From positions 32,001 to 96,000 of IMG/VR virus record IMGVR_UViG_3300031718_000001: 64,000 bases of DNA; one strand, 5' to 3'. Positions within the stretch are counted from its first letter, which is position 1. Each line of letters starts with the position of its first letter. Position numbers and translations under genes: made by a program. The notes beneath the pieces are model-generated. The model saw only the letters and a list, made by a program, of their open reading frames with translations, was not told the origin of the DNA and did not search any database. This document shows, in pieces, positions 47,723 to 58,765 of this stretch. Origin of the DNA: a virus.

Positions 47723-48751
47723 ATGACAGAGCTGGCCACTGTTTCGGCTGGCGGGCAGCTAGCGCTGGCTCCGCAGGGCGGCGGCCTGCGACCGCGTGTT
47801 GCCTCCCGGAAGAGCGACGACTACGTAGCCCAGATCGAGGCACGCCGCGCCCGAACCGGCGGCCAGAGCCTGACTCGCGAGGCCAAGGTCCGCAAGATGG
47901 CCTTGATCTTGTCGGACGAGATGCACGGCTTCCGCAGGCTGGGAGTCGGCATGGTCGGCCCCATCCAGCTCAAGCTGCGCTACCAGGGCATCGTGCGCAA
48001 TGTCCTGGTCGAGGACCCGGTGACCCCGGGTACCCCGGTCGAGTACGACGTGTGGGATGACCTCGGCCAGGCCTACATCCTGTCCGGAACCGAGGGCGAA
48101 GTCCGGGTCACCCCGTTCGAGGGTAAGCGAATCCCTGTCCGGTTCTTCCGCATCGCCTCGCGCCCGGCCCTCCGCAAGGAGGACCTGTTCTACCTGCGGA
48201 TCAACGCGGTCGAGCAGGCTCAGGACGAGACCAAGCAGGCGATCCTCAAGCAGGAGGACGCCCGGCTGCTCGTCCTGCTCCAAGCCGCGATCACGGACTA
48301 CGCCACCCGGCCCGACCATGTGGTCACCCCGAACCACAACATCACCGAGGCCAGCGGCTACCTGACCCCGGGCTCGATGTACTCGGCCGTGGCCATGACC
48401 GACCTGCACGAGCTGCCCAGCGCGCGGATCCTGATCAACCCGTTTGACTACCGGGACATGTTCCGCTGGGATATCAACCAGACCGGCTGGGCTTTCAAGG
48501 ACAGGGTGGTCGCCGGCGAGACGATCACCAGCTTCGGCGAGTTCCAGATTCAGCGTTCGATCATCGTGCCCCAGGCCAAGATCTTCCTGGCCCCAGAGCC
48601 GAATTTCCTCGGTGTCTTCCCGATTCTTTACTCGCTCGATGTCGAGGAGAATCACAACGTCGAGGCATTCTGGAAGGGATGGGTGTTTGATGAGATGGTT
48701 GCCATGAGCATCCTGAACCCCCGCGGGCTCGCCAGCATCACCAAGTCGTAA
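47723..48751 (+). CDS. Major capsid protein (Bxz1-type)
   Basis: GPIQL.LRYQGI.RNVL.ED, DDLGQAY.L.G.EGE.R.TPFEGKR, RWDIN.TGWAFKD and YSLDVEE motifs match the recalled Bxz1 MCP. Confidence 0.92.
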   Translation: MTELATVSAGGQLALAPQGGGLRPRVASRKSDDYVAQIEARRARTGGQSLTREAKVRKMALILSDEMHGFRRLGVGMVGPIQLKLRYQGIVRNVLVEDPVTPGTPVEYDVWDDLGQAYILSGTEGEVRVTPFEGKRIPVRFFRIASRPALRKEDLFYLRINAVEQAQDETKQAILKQEDARLLVLLQAAITDYATRPDHVVTPNHNITEASGYLTPGSMYSAVAMTDLHELPSARILINPFDYRDMFRWDINQTGWAFKDRVVAGETITSFGEFQIQRSIIVPQAKIFLAPEPNFLGVFPILYSLDVEENHNVEAFWKGWVFDEMVAMSILNPRGLASITKS

Positions 48752-48762
48752 CAGGAGCAGTC

Positions 48763-49140
48763 ATGAACGACAAGCACAGCGGGCACCGTCACGGGGAGGG
48801 CGGGGACCTGAGCGGGCTGCGCCAGGAGGCCGCCAAGGAGCTGGGGCAGGAAGAGGCCGAGCGCCGCGCCGATGAGTCGGCGCAGCGGGCCAAGGACGCT
48901 ACTGCCGCCCGCACGGCGTTCGAGGTCCAGCAGAAGGACCGGGCCAGGACCGAGGCCCAGCAGGACCTGGAGCGGCAGACTACCGACGAGAACGACCGGG
49001 AGCGCTACGCCGAACTCCAGCGGATCGAGGCCGAGGCCATCGAGCAGGCTGACGAGGACGCTCGGGCGGCCGGGCGCAAGACATCGACCGAGGCCGAGGC
49101 CGAGGCCGAAGAGCCTGACCAGGAGACGCCCGAGGACTAG
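48763..49140 (+). CDS. Charged coiled-coil hypothetical protein
   Basis: AGGAG SD directly after the MCP. Confidence 0.65.
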   Translation: MNDKHSGHRHGEGGDLSGLRQEAAKELGQEEAERRADESAQRAKDATAARTAFEVQQKDRARTEAQQDLERQTTDENDRERYAELQRIEAEAIEQADEDARAAGRKTSTEAEAEAEEPDQETPED

Positions 49141-49238
49141 GCTCGCCTGGGACATCAACCACACCTGAATTCCCTTCCCGCAAGGGAGTGCCGCATAGCG
49201 GCCGCATCTCCTCGGTTCCTTAGCCGGTCCCGGGAGAA

Positions 49239-49264
49239 CCAGGAGCCCCGTGCGGGGCTCCTGG
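49239..49264 (+). terminator. Hairpin after the capsid operon
   Basis: CCAGGAGCCCCG-TG-CGGGGCTCCTGG. Confidence 0.55.
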
Positions 49265-49299
49265 CCATTTCCGGCTTGCTCCTGTTACCGTCCCTGGTC

Positions 49300-52200
49300 A
49301 TGGCAGAGAGAGAAGACCGGGCCAGCCGGACCATCCAGGCGGTAGCCGACAGCCAGCAGTCCGGGCGCCGGGGTGCCCTGGCCCGGCTCCAGGCCCTGGA
49401 GGCGGTGCTCAACGAGGAGTTCACCGGCCAGGCACTGAACGAGGTCCTGCGGGTAAACGTCCTCGCCGTCTGCGGGACCATGATCCAGCCGCCCGCCGGG
49501 TACCGGTGGCAGGTCGAGCAGTACGACAGCCGCCTCTACCCGTACCTGGAACGCCTCACCGGCCTGCCGGAGGGATACCGTTTCGCGGCCCGGGTCACGA
49601 TCGGCTTCGACGGGGGCAATCACCCGCTGCGCGCCGACCTGTGGGGGTGCACCAGGTGCTCGTCCATCATCTTCCCTGACGGCCGCGAGGGCCATGACCG
49701 GTTTCATGCCGGGATCGACGGCCTGCTCGACGGAGCCAACCAGGTAGCCGTTACCGGCTCATAACGGGCCATTCGGGCCTTCTGATACTTTTCTTGCTAT
49801 GCCGAACAACGGGATCCTCGACCTGCTCGACCATAAGGCGCTGGAGTACCTGTACGGGCTCGACGATGACGTGGTGTCCTGCCTGGGCGATCACCACGAC
49901 TGGGAGAAGCTCAACCCGCGGAAGGGCATACCCGCCGTCGCCAACCACGACGGCAGCTACCAGCTCATCTCCACCTGCGGTGACTGCGGCCGGATCCGGT
50001 TCAAGACCACCCTGGTCGGCGGGGCATGGGATATGACCGCGAAGTGGGAGTACCGCGACGGCCCGAGGCCGCCAAAGGGCCTGGGCCTGACCAGGACCGC
50101 CTACGCCGCCGAGAACGGGCGGCGGATCAGCGAGGCACTCCGGGCTCAGGCGAGGGCGAAGAAGGCCGCCAGGCGTCGTCCCCCGAAAGGAAAAGCCCTG
50201 GCTGATAGCCAGAGCTAGTTCCTGTCTCCGGGAGACGTGCCCGGCCGGAGGGCTGTCTCGGTAGACCGGGCACCCTCATAATGACAGACTGTCGATCAGA
50301 TGTGAACTGATCGTAGGCGATTACCCGATGGTAAGTTTATTGCTATGCCACTATCGCCGCAGCAGGCAGCGGACCTCTACCGCTCCGGGCGCTCAGCCTG
50401 CGTCATCGCCGCCGAGCACAAGCTCACCCGCTCAGGCACCGAGGACAAGATCCGCCGCGGGGGCCTGCGCGGGCTTGTCTGGTGCGCTCTTCACCGCACA
50501 TACGAAGAGCTGCATTGAGCGAGATCGACTGGCAGTCGATGTTCGCCAAGTACGCCGATATCGTCGAGGACGCCGAGGGCGTCACCTTCCTCCAGCAGGA
50601 CCCCATCCGGCCGGACTCGCCAGGTTGGTCGCCCGGAGAGTGGGCGGCAATCAGCGCGCTGTACCCGCCTAGTGAATAGCCCGCAGCGCTGGGAATACAA
50701 GATCGAGCCGATCTTCAACCCGATCCGGGCCGAAGCCGTGCTGAACAGCTTCGCTGATCAGGGCTGGCGCCTGGCGGCCGTCTTGTGGCCCGGCCAGGAG
50801 CACCAGTTCGTTGACCCGGCGAACCACAGGTCCGTGGCAAAGGGGCCGTGGTTCATACTGGAGCGGGAATACAACGCAGAGGAGGAGGTGAGCCATGGAG
50901 ATCCTGGCGACTAAGGACCTGGAGCGGCGGCTGAACCGGCTGTCTATTTCTGACCGGTTCCGGCTGCTGAACTGGCTTGCCCGCCGGCATCCGGAGATCG
51001 TGAAGACCGGCCTGGCCAGCCTCGGGACCAGGGAGGACGTGCACATCCTCGCCTGGCACATCAACGACCCGGCCGAGACCACGGAAGGTTCAGCAGGAGA
51101 ACCTGATCCTCCTGCTGCCATGGGATAGAGAGCCCGTCCGGAATGGACGGGCTCTCTTCGTATACCGACATTACTGTCTGGTAGCCGGACAAAAGTGACA
51201 AGCGAGTCAGGCGGAAACCAACCCGGCACAGTAAGGTTGCCCGGGTGGATCAGGCAATGGAGATCATCCAGGATGAGCCGCTGATGGCGAAGCTTGCCGC
51301 GGTGCTCAGGGAAGTGTCCGATCAGGTCCGCACCGAGACCGGGTACGTCCCGGCCTTCATCAAGGTGGGGGTCCAGATGCCGGATGACAGCGTATTCGAG
51401 GCTAGGGTCGAGATCTGTCCCGACGGCTGCGGCCAGGTAATGGTGACGCCAGCAGTCCTCGGACGATTATGATCTCTGCGTGACTCAGGAAACAGCAGAG
51501 AAAAGCCCAGCCGACATAATAATCGACGCGCTCCGTCTCACCCGGGAGCGCGTGGTAGCCGATACGCTCACGGCCAAGCAGCAGAGCCGCGGCGCCCTCG
51601 ACGATGCCATCCGGCACATGCTCGTCTACAAGGACACCGGACGGGCCGGTCCTGATCCGTCGGTGCTGGCCGAGCTGCTCGGCGATCCCGATGACAGCGA
51701 GATCCGCCACGCCCTGGGAGAGTACGCCGCCGCAGTCGAGAGTTAAACCCGCAGGAGTACCTTCCTCCCGGCCGCAAGCGCGGGGGCTGACTCCGGCGCT
51801 GGCGCGGGGTGCCACCGGCACTGCCGACTGGCCGGCCGCTAGATCGGGTGCTACTGCCCGGGGCACCCCGCTGCAAGCGTGCTACCCGCCTGGCCGCAGA
51901 ATGCAACCGCCCCGGCCCGTGAGCCGAGGCGGTTGGGATGGTGGACGGGGTTCGGGGATACCCGCACGCTCCGGCCCAAGTTCCCGTATCAGAGGTTGCG
52001 GAGCGACCGTGCGATGGCGCTACCCGTGGCCAGCCCCAGGGCGGCCCCTGGTTGTTGCCTGTGCTTGGCCCTCCTGCGGTGGGCCACAGTTAGCCGCCCG
52101 ACCGGTCGAGAATCCTGCACAGCCGCTGATCTCGCACGTGCCTTAGAGTCCCCGAGGGCGAGGTCTCTTCAGCCACCACCACAGCAGGTGCCCCTGCTGC

Positions 52201-53558
52201 TTGCTCAGAAACGTAGCGTGCGCTCCCGGGCTGGCGCAACTTCATTCCCGGTAGGCTGCCCGTCATGACCACAGACCAGGCGGCCAGCCCGGCCCCCACC
52301 GCATACCCCCAGGCTCACTGGAAGATCGAGCGCGGCGATGGCGACCAGCTCTACCTGAGTATCTCGGTCAGCCCGGTCTACGCAGGCATCACTGATGAGC
52401 CGGCCAGCCCGTCCGTCGGCGAGATCTGGATCAGCTCGCGCGGCCGGATGGTCTGGAACGGCGAGGCGTGGTTCCTGGCCGAGGCTCCTCCGCTGCGCCT
52501 GCCGATGCAGGAAGAGGAGCTGTACGCCCTGGTGCACGGTGCCGACCGGGTGCAGGCCTGGGCGGCGGCAACGGCCGAGGGCACGTTCACCCAGACGCTG
52601 GCCACGGCCGAGCAGGTGCGCACCCACCTCGAAGTCCGCGGCTATGTCGTTATCTCGCGTGACCTGGAGACGCACACCAAGATGGTCAGGGACACGCCCT
52701 GGGCCAACTGGGTCGAGGAAGTCCCCGCCCCGCCCGGCAACAGCGGCATCGCCTGGTTCGTGGACGTGTTCGCGGCCGACGATCCGCAGTTCGGCCAGCT
52801 CTGCCTGGTTCACGGCGTGCAGCGCGTGCCCAGCTCCTACGCCGGCCCGGAGGACCCCGGTGGCGGAGCCTGAGACCACCCGGTTCGCGTTCCGGCTGGA
52901 GAGCGCCGACTTCAGCGAGGTGCTCCGGATCGAGAACCCGCACCACATGGTCGGCCTGGAGATCCCGGTCAACTGGGGCAGCAGGACCGCCACCGGCCGG
53001 ATCGTCCAGGTGGACGGAGACGAGGACGGGATCACGGTCACGATGGAGATCGACCAGCCGCTCGACGTTCCCGGGCCGTGGCCGTACGGTTGCGGGATAG
53101 CGTAGCTGCCCATGGTGCCGCGTCCACCTGGCTCCCGGCCTGGCTGGCCCCAGGCGAGCCCGCTTCAGCGCCGGGGGATCAGCCGCACCTGGTACGCCCC
53201 CACTGTCCAGGACCTCATCCGGCTCCTGCGGTATCGAGCCCAGGCCGGGGAGATCTACGCGATCATCGGGGACAACGACCGGGCCGACATCATGGTGCGC
53301 TCCATGGACGCCAGGCCCGACCGGTGGCTCCGGGCCTATACCTACCCGAAGGTCGGGCTGCACGCCGTGGCCGAGTCCGGGCTTATCGCCATGGAGGAGG
53401 TGATGTCCGTTCCCGGCTTCGACCCGGACACCCTCCAGCAGACGGCGGCCGACCGCAACCGGTTCGGGCCGTCACCTGAGTTCTGGCGGATCACGGTGCC
53501 CGACGATGGCTTGCCGGTTGGCTATCCACGTAAGCGCCCGTACCGCGGCCAGCGTTAA
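49300..53558 (+). other. Run of small hypothetical genes (49300-49764, 49799-50218, 50345-50518 HTH-like, 50672-50914, 50895-51128, 51245-51472, 51480-51746, 52265-52873, 53112-53558)
   Basis: Plus-strand ORFs; hairpin terminator at ~51127-51157. Confidence 0.55.
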
Positions 53559-53559
53559 G

Positions 53560-54215
53560 TTACTGGCCGGTAACAAGGCAGCCACAACAACAAGTGCACA
53601 ATAGAAGGTCAAAAACAATAATAGAAAAAGATTTTTTGGACTTTATGTATTTATGAGTTGTTGTAGTTGTGCTCTGGCGGGCCTATACGCGGCTGACCTG
53701 GGACAGTGCACTTGCACTCCGGCCCAGTGCACATGGAGTGCACATGGAGTGCAGAACTGAGGTGCCTAAAATCCTTTCTTACCAGCCAGCAGTGCAATAG
53801 TGCACATCCGGAGGCCGTTTTACGCGCACGCGATCAGTTGGCCCAAAGCTGTAATCAGATGAGCACGCTCTGTTCCTCCCTACGCGGGCGGTCCACAGCC
53901 GTGGATAACCAGTGGACAGCCGACGGCCCGCCCGGCCAGAATTTTTCTCGCGGATAACCCGGGTTTTATGTGCACTTGTGCACTATCGGCTGGTCAGATG
54001 CTATTATTCGAGCGACAGTTCTGCACTTGGATCTGCACTGTGCGCACTGGCGGGTCCAACATGTGCACTGGGCTCGGTGCCGGTATCCTTGGGCGGTCCC
54101 CGCCAATCCTTCCGTTCAGGTTGGTGCGCCTGCATGTTCGTTTGCAAGTTCGTTGGGGTTGCGGTTATTGCTACCGTTTGGTACGAATTGCCATCTATAG
54201 GGGGGCCGGCTCGGC
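53560..54215. repeat. AT-rich non-coding region with clustered (G)TGCAC repeats and DnaA-box-like motifs (origin-like)
   Basis: AT-rich tract 53580-53670; about 10 TGCAC copies; GTGGATAAC at 53901. Confidence 0.6.
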
Positions 54216-54230
54216 TTGGAGGGTTCTTCG

Positions 54231-54617
54231 ATGCTGTATGACCCCGCTCGCGCTGCCCGCGTCTGCTACGCGGCGATCAGGCAGCTCCGGGAGGAGCAGG
54301 GGTTCGACAAGGGGCCGGTCTGGCGCCTGCTGGTCGTGGCCGAGCAGGACTGGCTGTGCGAGGCCTGCAACCTCGCCGCCAACGGCTGGATGTCGTACGA
54401 GATCTTCGCCGAGTGGCGCCGCGTCCGCGAGCTGGATGGCTGGCGCCTCGGGCAGGAGATCGACCACGCCAAGAAGACGCATCCTGAGCTGGTGGACTGG
54501 AAGACGCTGCCGGAGGACGTGCAGCAGCGGTACTTCCTGCTCCAGATGATGACCTCTGCGCTGCACCTGGTCGTTCCGCCCGCATTGACCGGTTCGTCAC
54601 CTGTCGCCGCAGTGTGA
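54231..54617 (+). CDS. RyR-domain phage protein
   Basis: GW..G...D..KKTHP.LV.W..LPE motif. Confidence 0.75.
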   Translation: MLYDPARAARVCYAAIRQLREEQGFDKGPVWRLLVVAEQDWLCEACNLAANGWMSYEIFAEWRRVRELDGWRLGQEIDHAKKTHPELVDWKTLPEDVQQRYFLLQMMTSALHLVVPPALTGSSPVAAV

Positions 54618-54748
54618 CGTTTTGGCCTACCTGGGCGCTGTGACGTTCTGGTAGGCCCGTATCCGGTACTAGCTGCTGTATCTTTTCTGGGCATACCGTT
54701 GCCCATTGGTGACAATTGTCCCAATGTCCCCAGGAAAGGTGCAGTTTA

Positions 54749-54970
54749 ATGCAAGTACCTCTTCCGACACTGCCCGCCGAGACTGAGCCGCTGCTCACTC
54801 CGGCGGAGGTGGCGGCGCTCTTCCGGGTTGACCCCAAGACCGTGACAAGGTGGGCGCGATCAGGGAAGGTCCCCTCGATCCGCACGGCTGGCGGCCACCG
54901 GAGATACCGGGAGAGCACGATCAGGGCGATGCTCAACGCGCCCGAGCCAGAGTCCGGCCAGGAAAGCTGA
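54749..54970 (+). CDS. bldC: BldC-family MerR-like HTH regulator
   Basis: LLTPAEVAALFRVDPKTVTRWA..GK..SIRT.GGHRRY closely matches recalled Streptomyces BldC. Confidence 0.88.
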   Translation: MQVPLPTLPAETEPLLTPAEVAALFRVDPKTVTRWARSGKVPSIRTAGGHRRYRESTIRAMLNAPEPESGQES

Positions 54971-55299
54971 ATCTCCTGGCCAGAGGGGGGTGACGGCGGC
55001 CAGCTTTCCCGCTTGCGGGCCGCCGTACCCGTTCGGGGAGAAGTTAGCAAGAAAAGTTGTAATAAAACCATTGCCGGCCCGCCAGGGGACTGCTACCTTG
55101 GAAGACATGACGACCCGATTCAGCGCATCAGCGGACTACCAGCCGAGGAGCTGGCAGCCGATGGTGCATGCGACCACCTGCTCGCTGCCCGAGGCCGGGA
55201 AGCGCCGGAGGCTGCCTGGGTAAGGACCCCACAGGACCTGATCCAGGAGCCGCCAGCGGAGACCCGCAGGCGGCTCTTTCGTTTCCCACAACTGCACAT

Positions 55300-55376
55300 A
55301 GGGGCGTAGCTCAGTTTGGTAGAGCCCCGGTCTCCAAAACCGGGTGTCCGCGCGGGTTCGAGCCCTGCCGCCCCTG
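55300..55376 (+). tRNA. tRNA-Trp(CCA)
   Basis: Anticodon arm CCGGT-CTCCAAA-ACCGG. Confidence 0.9.
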
Positions 55377-55606
55377 CGACCGCCGGCCGAGCGAGAGCGA
55401 CGCGGGCGCATGTCAACTGGATCTTGTCAACTCAACAGCGGAACACAGCGGCGGGCGCCATCCCGCCGCGCGACGTGGCGGAAGATACCCGAGCTACACC
55501 GGGGGTTAAGGGAGTACCCGGCGCCACGTCTGTTTGACTCGGGGCGGCCTGGACGGAAGCTGATAAGGCATGCCGGGCAACCGGACGCCAGGCCGCCCTG
55601 TCAAGA

Positions 55607-55648
55607 CTTTTTGCGCAGGATGCAAGAGGTTTGCATCCTGCGCAAAAT
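55607..55648. terminator. Long near-perfect inverted repeat (bidirectional terminator-like)
   Basis: TTTTGCGCAGGATGCAA...TTGCATCCTGCGCAAAA. Confidence 0.65.
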
Positions 55649-55717
55649 GACCGGGGCCGTCGATTATGTCCCGGGTATGCAGGCAGTAAAAGAAGCGGAT
55701 ACAACAACTGCCTGCTC

Positions 55718-55791
55718 GGGGCCTTAGCTCAGTCGGTACGAGCGCTTGCGTGGCACGCAAGAGGTCACGGGTTCGAGGCCCGTAGGCTCCA
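55718..55791 (+). tRNA. tRNA-Ala(GGC)
   Basis: G3:U70 pair; loop GTGGCAC. Confidence 0.88.
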
Positions 55792-55931
55792 CAGGGCATC
55801 CGTCCGGCCGGGCGGTGCCTGAATATGGGCAGGATGGGCCGCGTTCAGGCGGCCTGGCGGAAACGGCAGCAGGGCGTGCTGGACAACGCACTGCTCCGGA
55901 CATCCTGGGGCCGGAGGGTACCTGGCACAGC

Positions 55932-56004
55932 GGGGCTATGGCGCAGTTGGTAGCGCGCTTCCTTCGCAACGAAGAGGCCGCCGGTTCGATCCCGGCTAGC
56001 TCCA
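55932..56004 (+). tRNA. tRNA-Ala(CGC)
   Basis: G3:U70 pair; loop TTCGCAA. Confidence 0.85.
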
Positions 56005-56134
56005 CGTGGTGAGCCGTGGCACGGCATCCGACGGGGTTGATCGCCCCGCGCAGGCTGATCACCTGCGTCAGCAAGGTAACCGGCATATCCGGGCGCGAAT
56101 CCCAGCGCCCCGGCCGGAGCAACTCACCACTCCA

Positions 56135-56208
56135 CGGGACGTAGCGCAGTCTGGCAGCGCGCCTGCCTTGGGCGCAGGAGGTCGCCGGTTCGGATCCGGC
56201 CGTCCCGA
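56135..56208 (+). tRNA. tRNA-Pro(TGG)
   Basis: CCTGC-CTTGGGC-GCAGG. Confidence 0.88.
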
Positions 56209-56352
56209 CAGCGCCCCGGGGTACGGTGATTACTTGTGCGTCCGCCAGGCGATCACGGAGTGTTCGGGATGTCATCAGTTCTCAGGTCAGTCACGGGCTG
56301 GAAGGATCTCTGCCACCCGGGTAAGCGCCGTCTACAGCCCCAGGACCGGTCA

Positions 56353-57564
56353 ATGGCCGGGCCGCTGGTGGCCGCGCCCTTCGAGCTTTCGGAGTTCCCT
56401 CCGGTCCCTGAATCGAGCCAGCTTCCCCCGCTCAACCCGGACCTGATCACCGGCTCCCTGGGCAGCATGACTGCCGGCCCTCAGACGTGCGCCGGAGACT
56501 TCTACGGCTACCTGTTCGCCGCCCAGCCGGGCCTGCGGGGGATGTTCCCGCCGCAGATGTCCGTGCAGAACGAGCGGCTGTTCGGCGCGCTCGTACGGAT
56601 TGTGAGCCTGCTAGATAAGCCGTACCTGCTGGCGGGCTACCTCGCCCAGCTCGGCGCCGACCACCGGAAATACGGCGTCTCCCCCGAGCACTACATGCCG
56701 GTGGGCGACGCGCTCATCCGGGCGCTGCGCCGCCACTGCAAGACATGGGACGAGTCCACCGAGCGCGCCTGGATGACGGCCTACTCCATGGCCGCGGACA
56801 TGATGATCACCGGGGCCGAGGCCCAGACCGGGCCGGCCGCCTGGCGCTGCCAGGTCGTCAAGCACGAGCGCCGCACCCACGACCTGGCCGTCGTCACGGT
56901 ACGGCCTGATCAGCCGCTGCCCTACGAGGCCGGCCAGTACGTGACGGTGCAGACCCCGCGCTGGCCCCAGGTCTGGCGGCACTTCTCGGTCGCCAACGCC
57001 CCGGCCGCTGACGGGCTGATCGACCTGCACATCCGGGCCGTGCCGGCCGGGTGGGTGAGCAATACCCTGGTCTCGCTGACCTCGCCGGGCGACGAGATCC
57101 TGCTCGGCCCGGCTGCCGGGGAGATGACGGCAGGCCACGCGAACGGCAGCGACCTGGTGTGCGTCGCGGGCGGCACGGGCCTGGCCCCGCTCCGGGCGAT
57201 TGTCGAAGATGTGCTGCGCAGCGATGAGGAGAACGTCGCGGCGGGCACGGGCGTGCGGCGCAACATCAGCCTGTTCCACGGCGCTCGCGATCCCCTCGGC
57301 TTCTACGACATGCCTCACCTTCGCGAGCTGTCCTCGTTCTACCCGTGGTTCCAGGTGGTGCCGGTTATCTCCGGCGATCACGATTTCGGCGGTCTCCGGG
57401 GCAATGTGGCTGAAATAGCCGTAAAGCATGGCGATTGGAGCGAACGGCATGCATTCATCTCGGGGCCGGAGGGAATGGTCCGGGATGCCGTTCTCGGCTT
57501 CCAGGCGGCTGAGGTGCCTGATGCACAGGTGCATTACGACGGCATCGAGGTGGGAGATGCATGA
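56353..57564 (+). CDS. Flavohemoglobin-like protein (globin + FAD/NAD(P)H ferredoxin-reductase-type domains)
   Basis: FYGYLF...P....FP, proximal LGADHRKYGV..EHY, RHFSVAN, GWVS, AGGTGLAP and SGP.GMV motifs; start codon uncertain. Confidence 0.9.
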   Translation: MAGPLVAAPFELSEFPPVPESSQLPPLNPDLITGSLGSMTAGPQTCAGDFYGYLFAAQPGLRGMFPPQMSVQNERLFGALVRIVSLLDKPYLLAGYLAQLGADHRKYGVSPEHYMPVGDALIRALRRHCKTWDESTERAWMTAYSMAADMMITGAEAQTGPAAWRCQVVKHERRTHDLAVVTVRPDQPLPYEAGQYVTVQTPRWPQVWRHFSVANAPAADGLIDLHIRAVPAGWVSNTLVSLTSPGDEILLGPAAGEMTAGHANGSDLVCVAGGTGLAPLRAIVEDVLRSDEENVAAGTGVRRNISLFHGARDPLGFYDMPHLRELSSFYPWFQVVPVISGDHDFGGLRGNVAEIAVKHGDWSERHAFISGPEGMVRDAVLGFQAAEVPDAQVHYDGIEVGDA

Positions 57565-58691
57565 CTCTGCGCGTGTTTCCCAGGCGCGTCCCGCAGGCTG
57601 GCGCGGCCGTGCTGGCCGAGGCCGAGATGTTCCTGGCTGAGTTCTACGCCGCCTGTCCTGCACCCGGTGAGGCATCCGCGCGGATGGCCCAGGTCCGCGA
57701 GTCCGTGCTCGCCACCGGCACCTACGAGCACACGCCGGAGGAGCTGGAGTACGCCGCCAGGATCGCCTGGCGGAACGCGGCCAGGTGCTCGGGGCGGGAC
57801 AAGTGGCGGACCCTGCGAGTGCGCGACTGCCGGACGGTATCGGACCCCAAGCAGGTCGCCGACGAGACCGTCGCCCACCTGCGCACTGCCACCAGCCACG
57901 GCCGGGTGCGATCCTGGATCACGGTGTTCGCCCCGGACAGGCCCGGTAATCCCGGCCCGCGGATCATCAACGGGCAGGCCGTCCGGTACGCCGGCTACCG
58001 CCAGCCGGACGGCGTGACCGGGGATCCGGTCAACGTGGCCCTGACCGACCTGGCGGTCAGTCTCGGCTGGCGGGGCCGCGGCGGGCGGTTCGACGTGCTG
58101 CCCCTCATAACTATGGACGGCAGCGGGGAGCTGTGCTGGTCGGACGTGCCGCCCGATGCGGTGCTGGAGGTCCCGATCAGCCACCCGGACTTCCGGTGGT
58201 TCAGCAAGCTCGGGCTGCGCTGGTACGCCATTCCGGTGATCACCGACATGTACCTGGAAGCCGGCGGCATACGCTATCCGTGCGCGCCGTTCAACGGCTG
58301 GTACCAGGCGAGCACAGAGGTCGGAGTCCGGAACCTCGGCGACGAGACCCGCTACAACGTCCTCCCCGATGTGGCCAGGGGCATGAAGCTGGACATGTCA
58401 TCGCCGAGCACGTTCTGGATGGACCGGGCCGCGGTCGAGCTGGCCGTGGCCGTCCATCACAGCTACCGCCGGGCCGGCGTAGTGGTCACCGACCACCAGG
58501 CCGAGACACGCAGGTTCGCCCACTGGGCTGCCCGGGAGGGCGAGGCCGGGCGCGAGGTGCCGGCGGACTGGGCGTGGATCGTCCCGCCAGTCAGCGGCAG
58601 CACGACCCCCGTGTTCCACCAGGAGTATCAGGCCGCGGTGCTGAAGCCCGGCTACTTCAGGCACGAGGATGGCCCGCTGATCAGCGGGTGA
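57561..58691 (+). CDS. nos: Bacterial-type nitric oxide synthase oxygenase
   Basis: Heme-thiolate AWRNAARCSGR, RYAGY, FDVLPL, WYAIP, PFNGWY..TEVG.RN and DWAWIVPP.SGS.TPVFH motifs. Confidence 0.93.
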   Translation: MTLRVFPRRVPQAGAAVLAEAEMFLAEFYAACPAPGEASARMAQVRESVLATGTYEHTPEELEYAARIAWRNAARCSGRDKWRTLRVRDCRTVSDPKQVADETVAHLRTATSHGRVRSWITVFAPDRPGNPGPRIINGQAVRYAGYRQPDGVTGDPVNVALTDLAVSLGWRGRGGRFDVLPLITMDGSGELCWSDVPPDAVLEVPISHPDFRWFSKLGLRWYAIPVITDMYLEAGGIRYPCAPFNGWYQASTEVGVRNLGDETRYNVLPDVARGMKLDMSSPSTFWMDRAAVELAVAVHHSYRRAGVVVTDHQAETRRFAHWAAREGEAGREVPADWAWIVPPVSGSTTPVFHQEYQAAVLKPGYFRHEDGPLISG

Positions 58692-58765
58692 CGGGACATG
58701 GCGCAGTCCGGCAGCGCGCGTGCTCGGGGAGCACGAGGTCGTCAGTTCAAATCTGGCTGTCCCGA
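58692..58765 (+). tRNA. tRNA-Pro(GGG)
   Basis: CGTGC-TCGGGGA-GCACG; abuts the nos stop codon. Confidence 0.85.
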
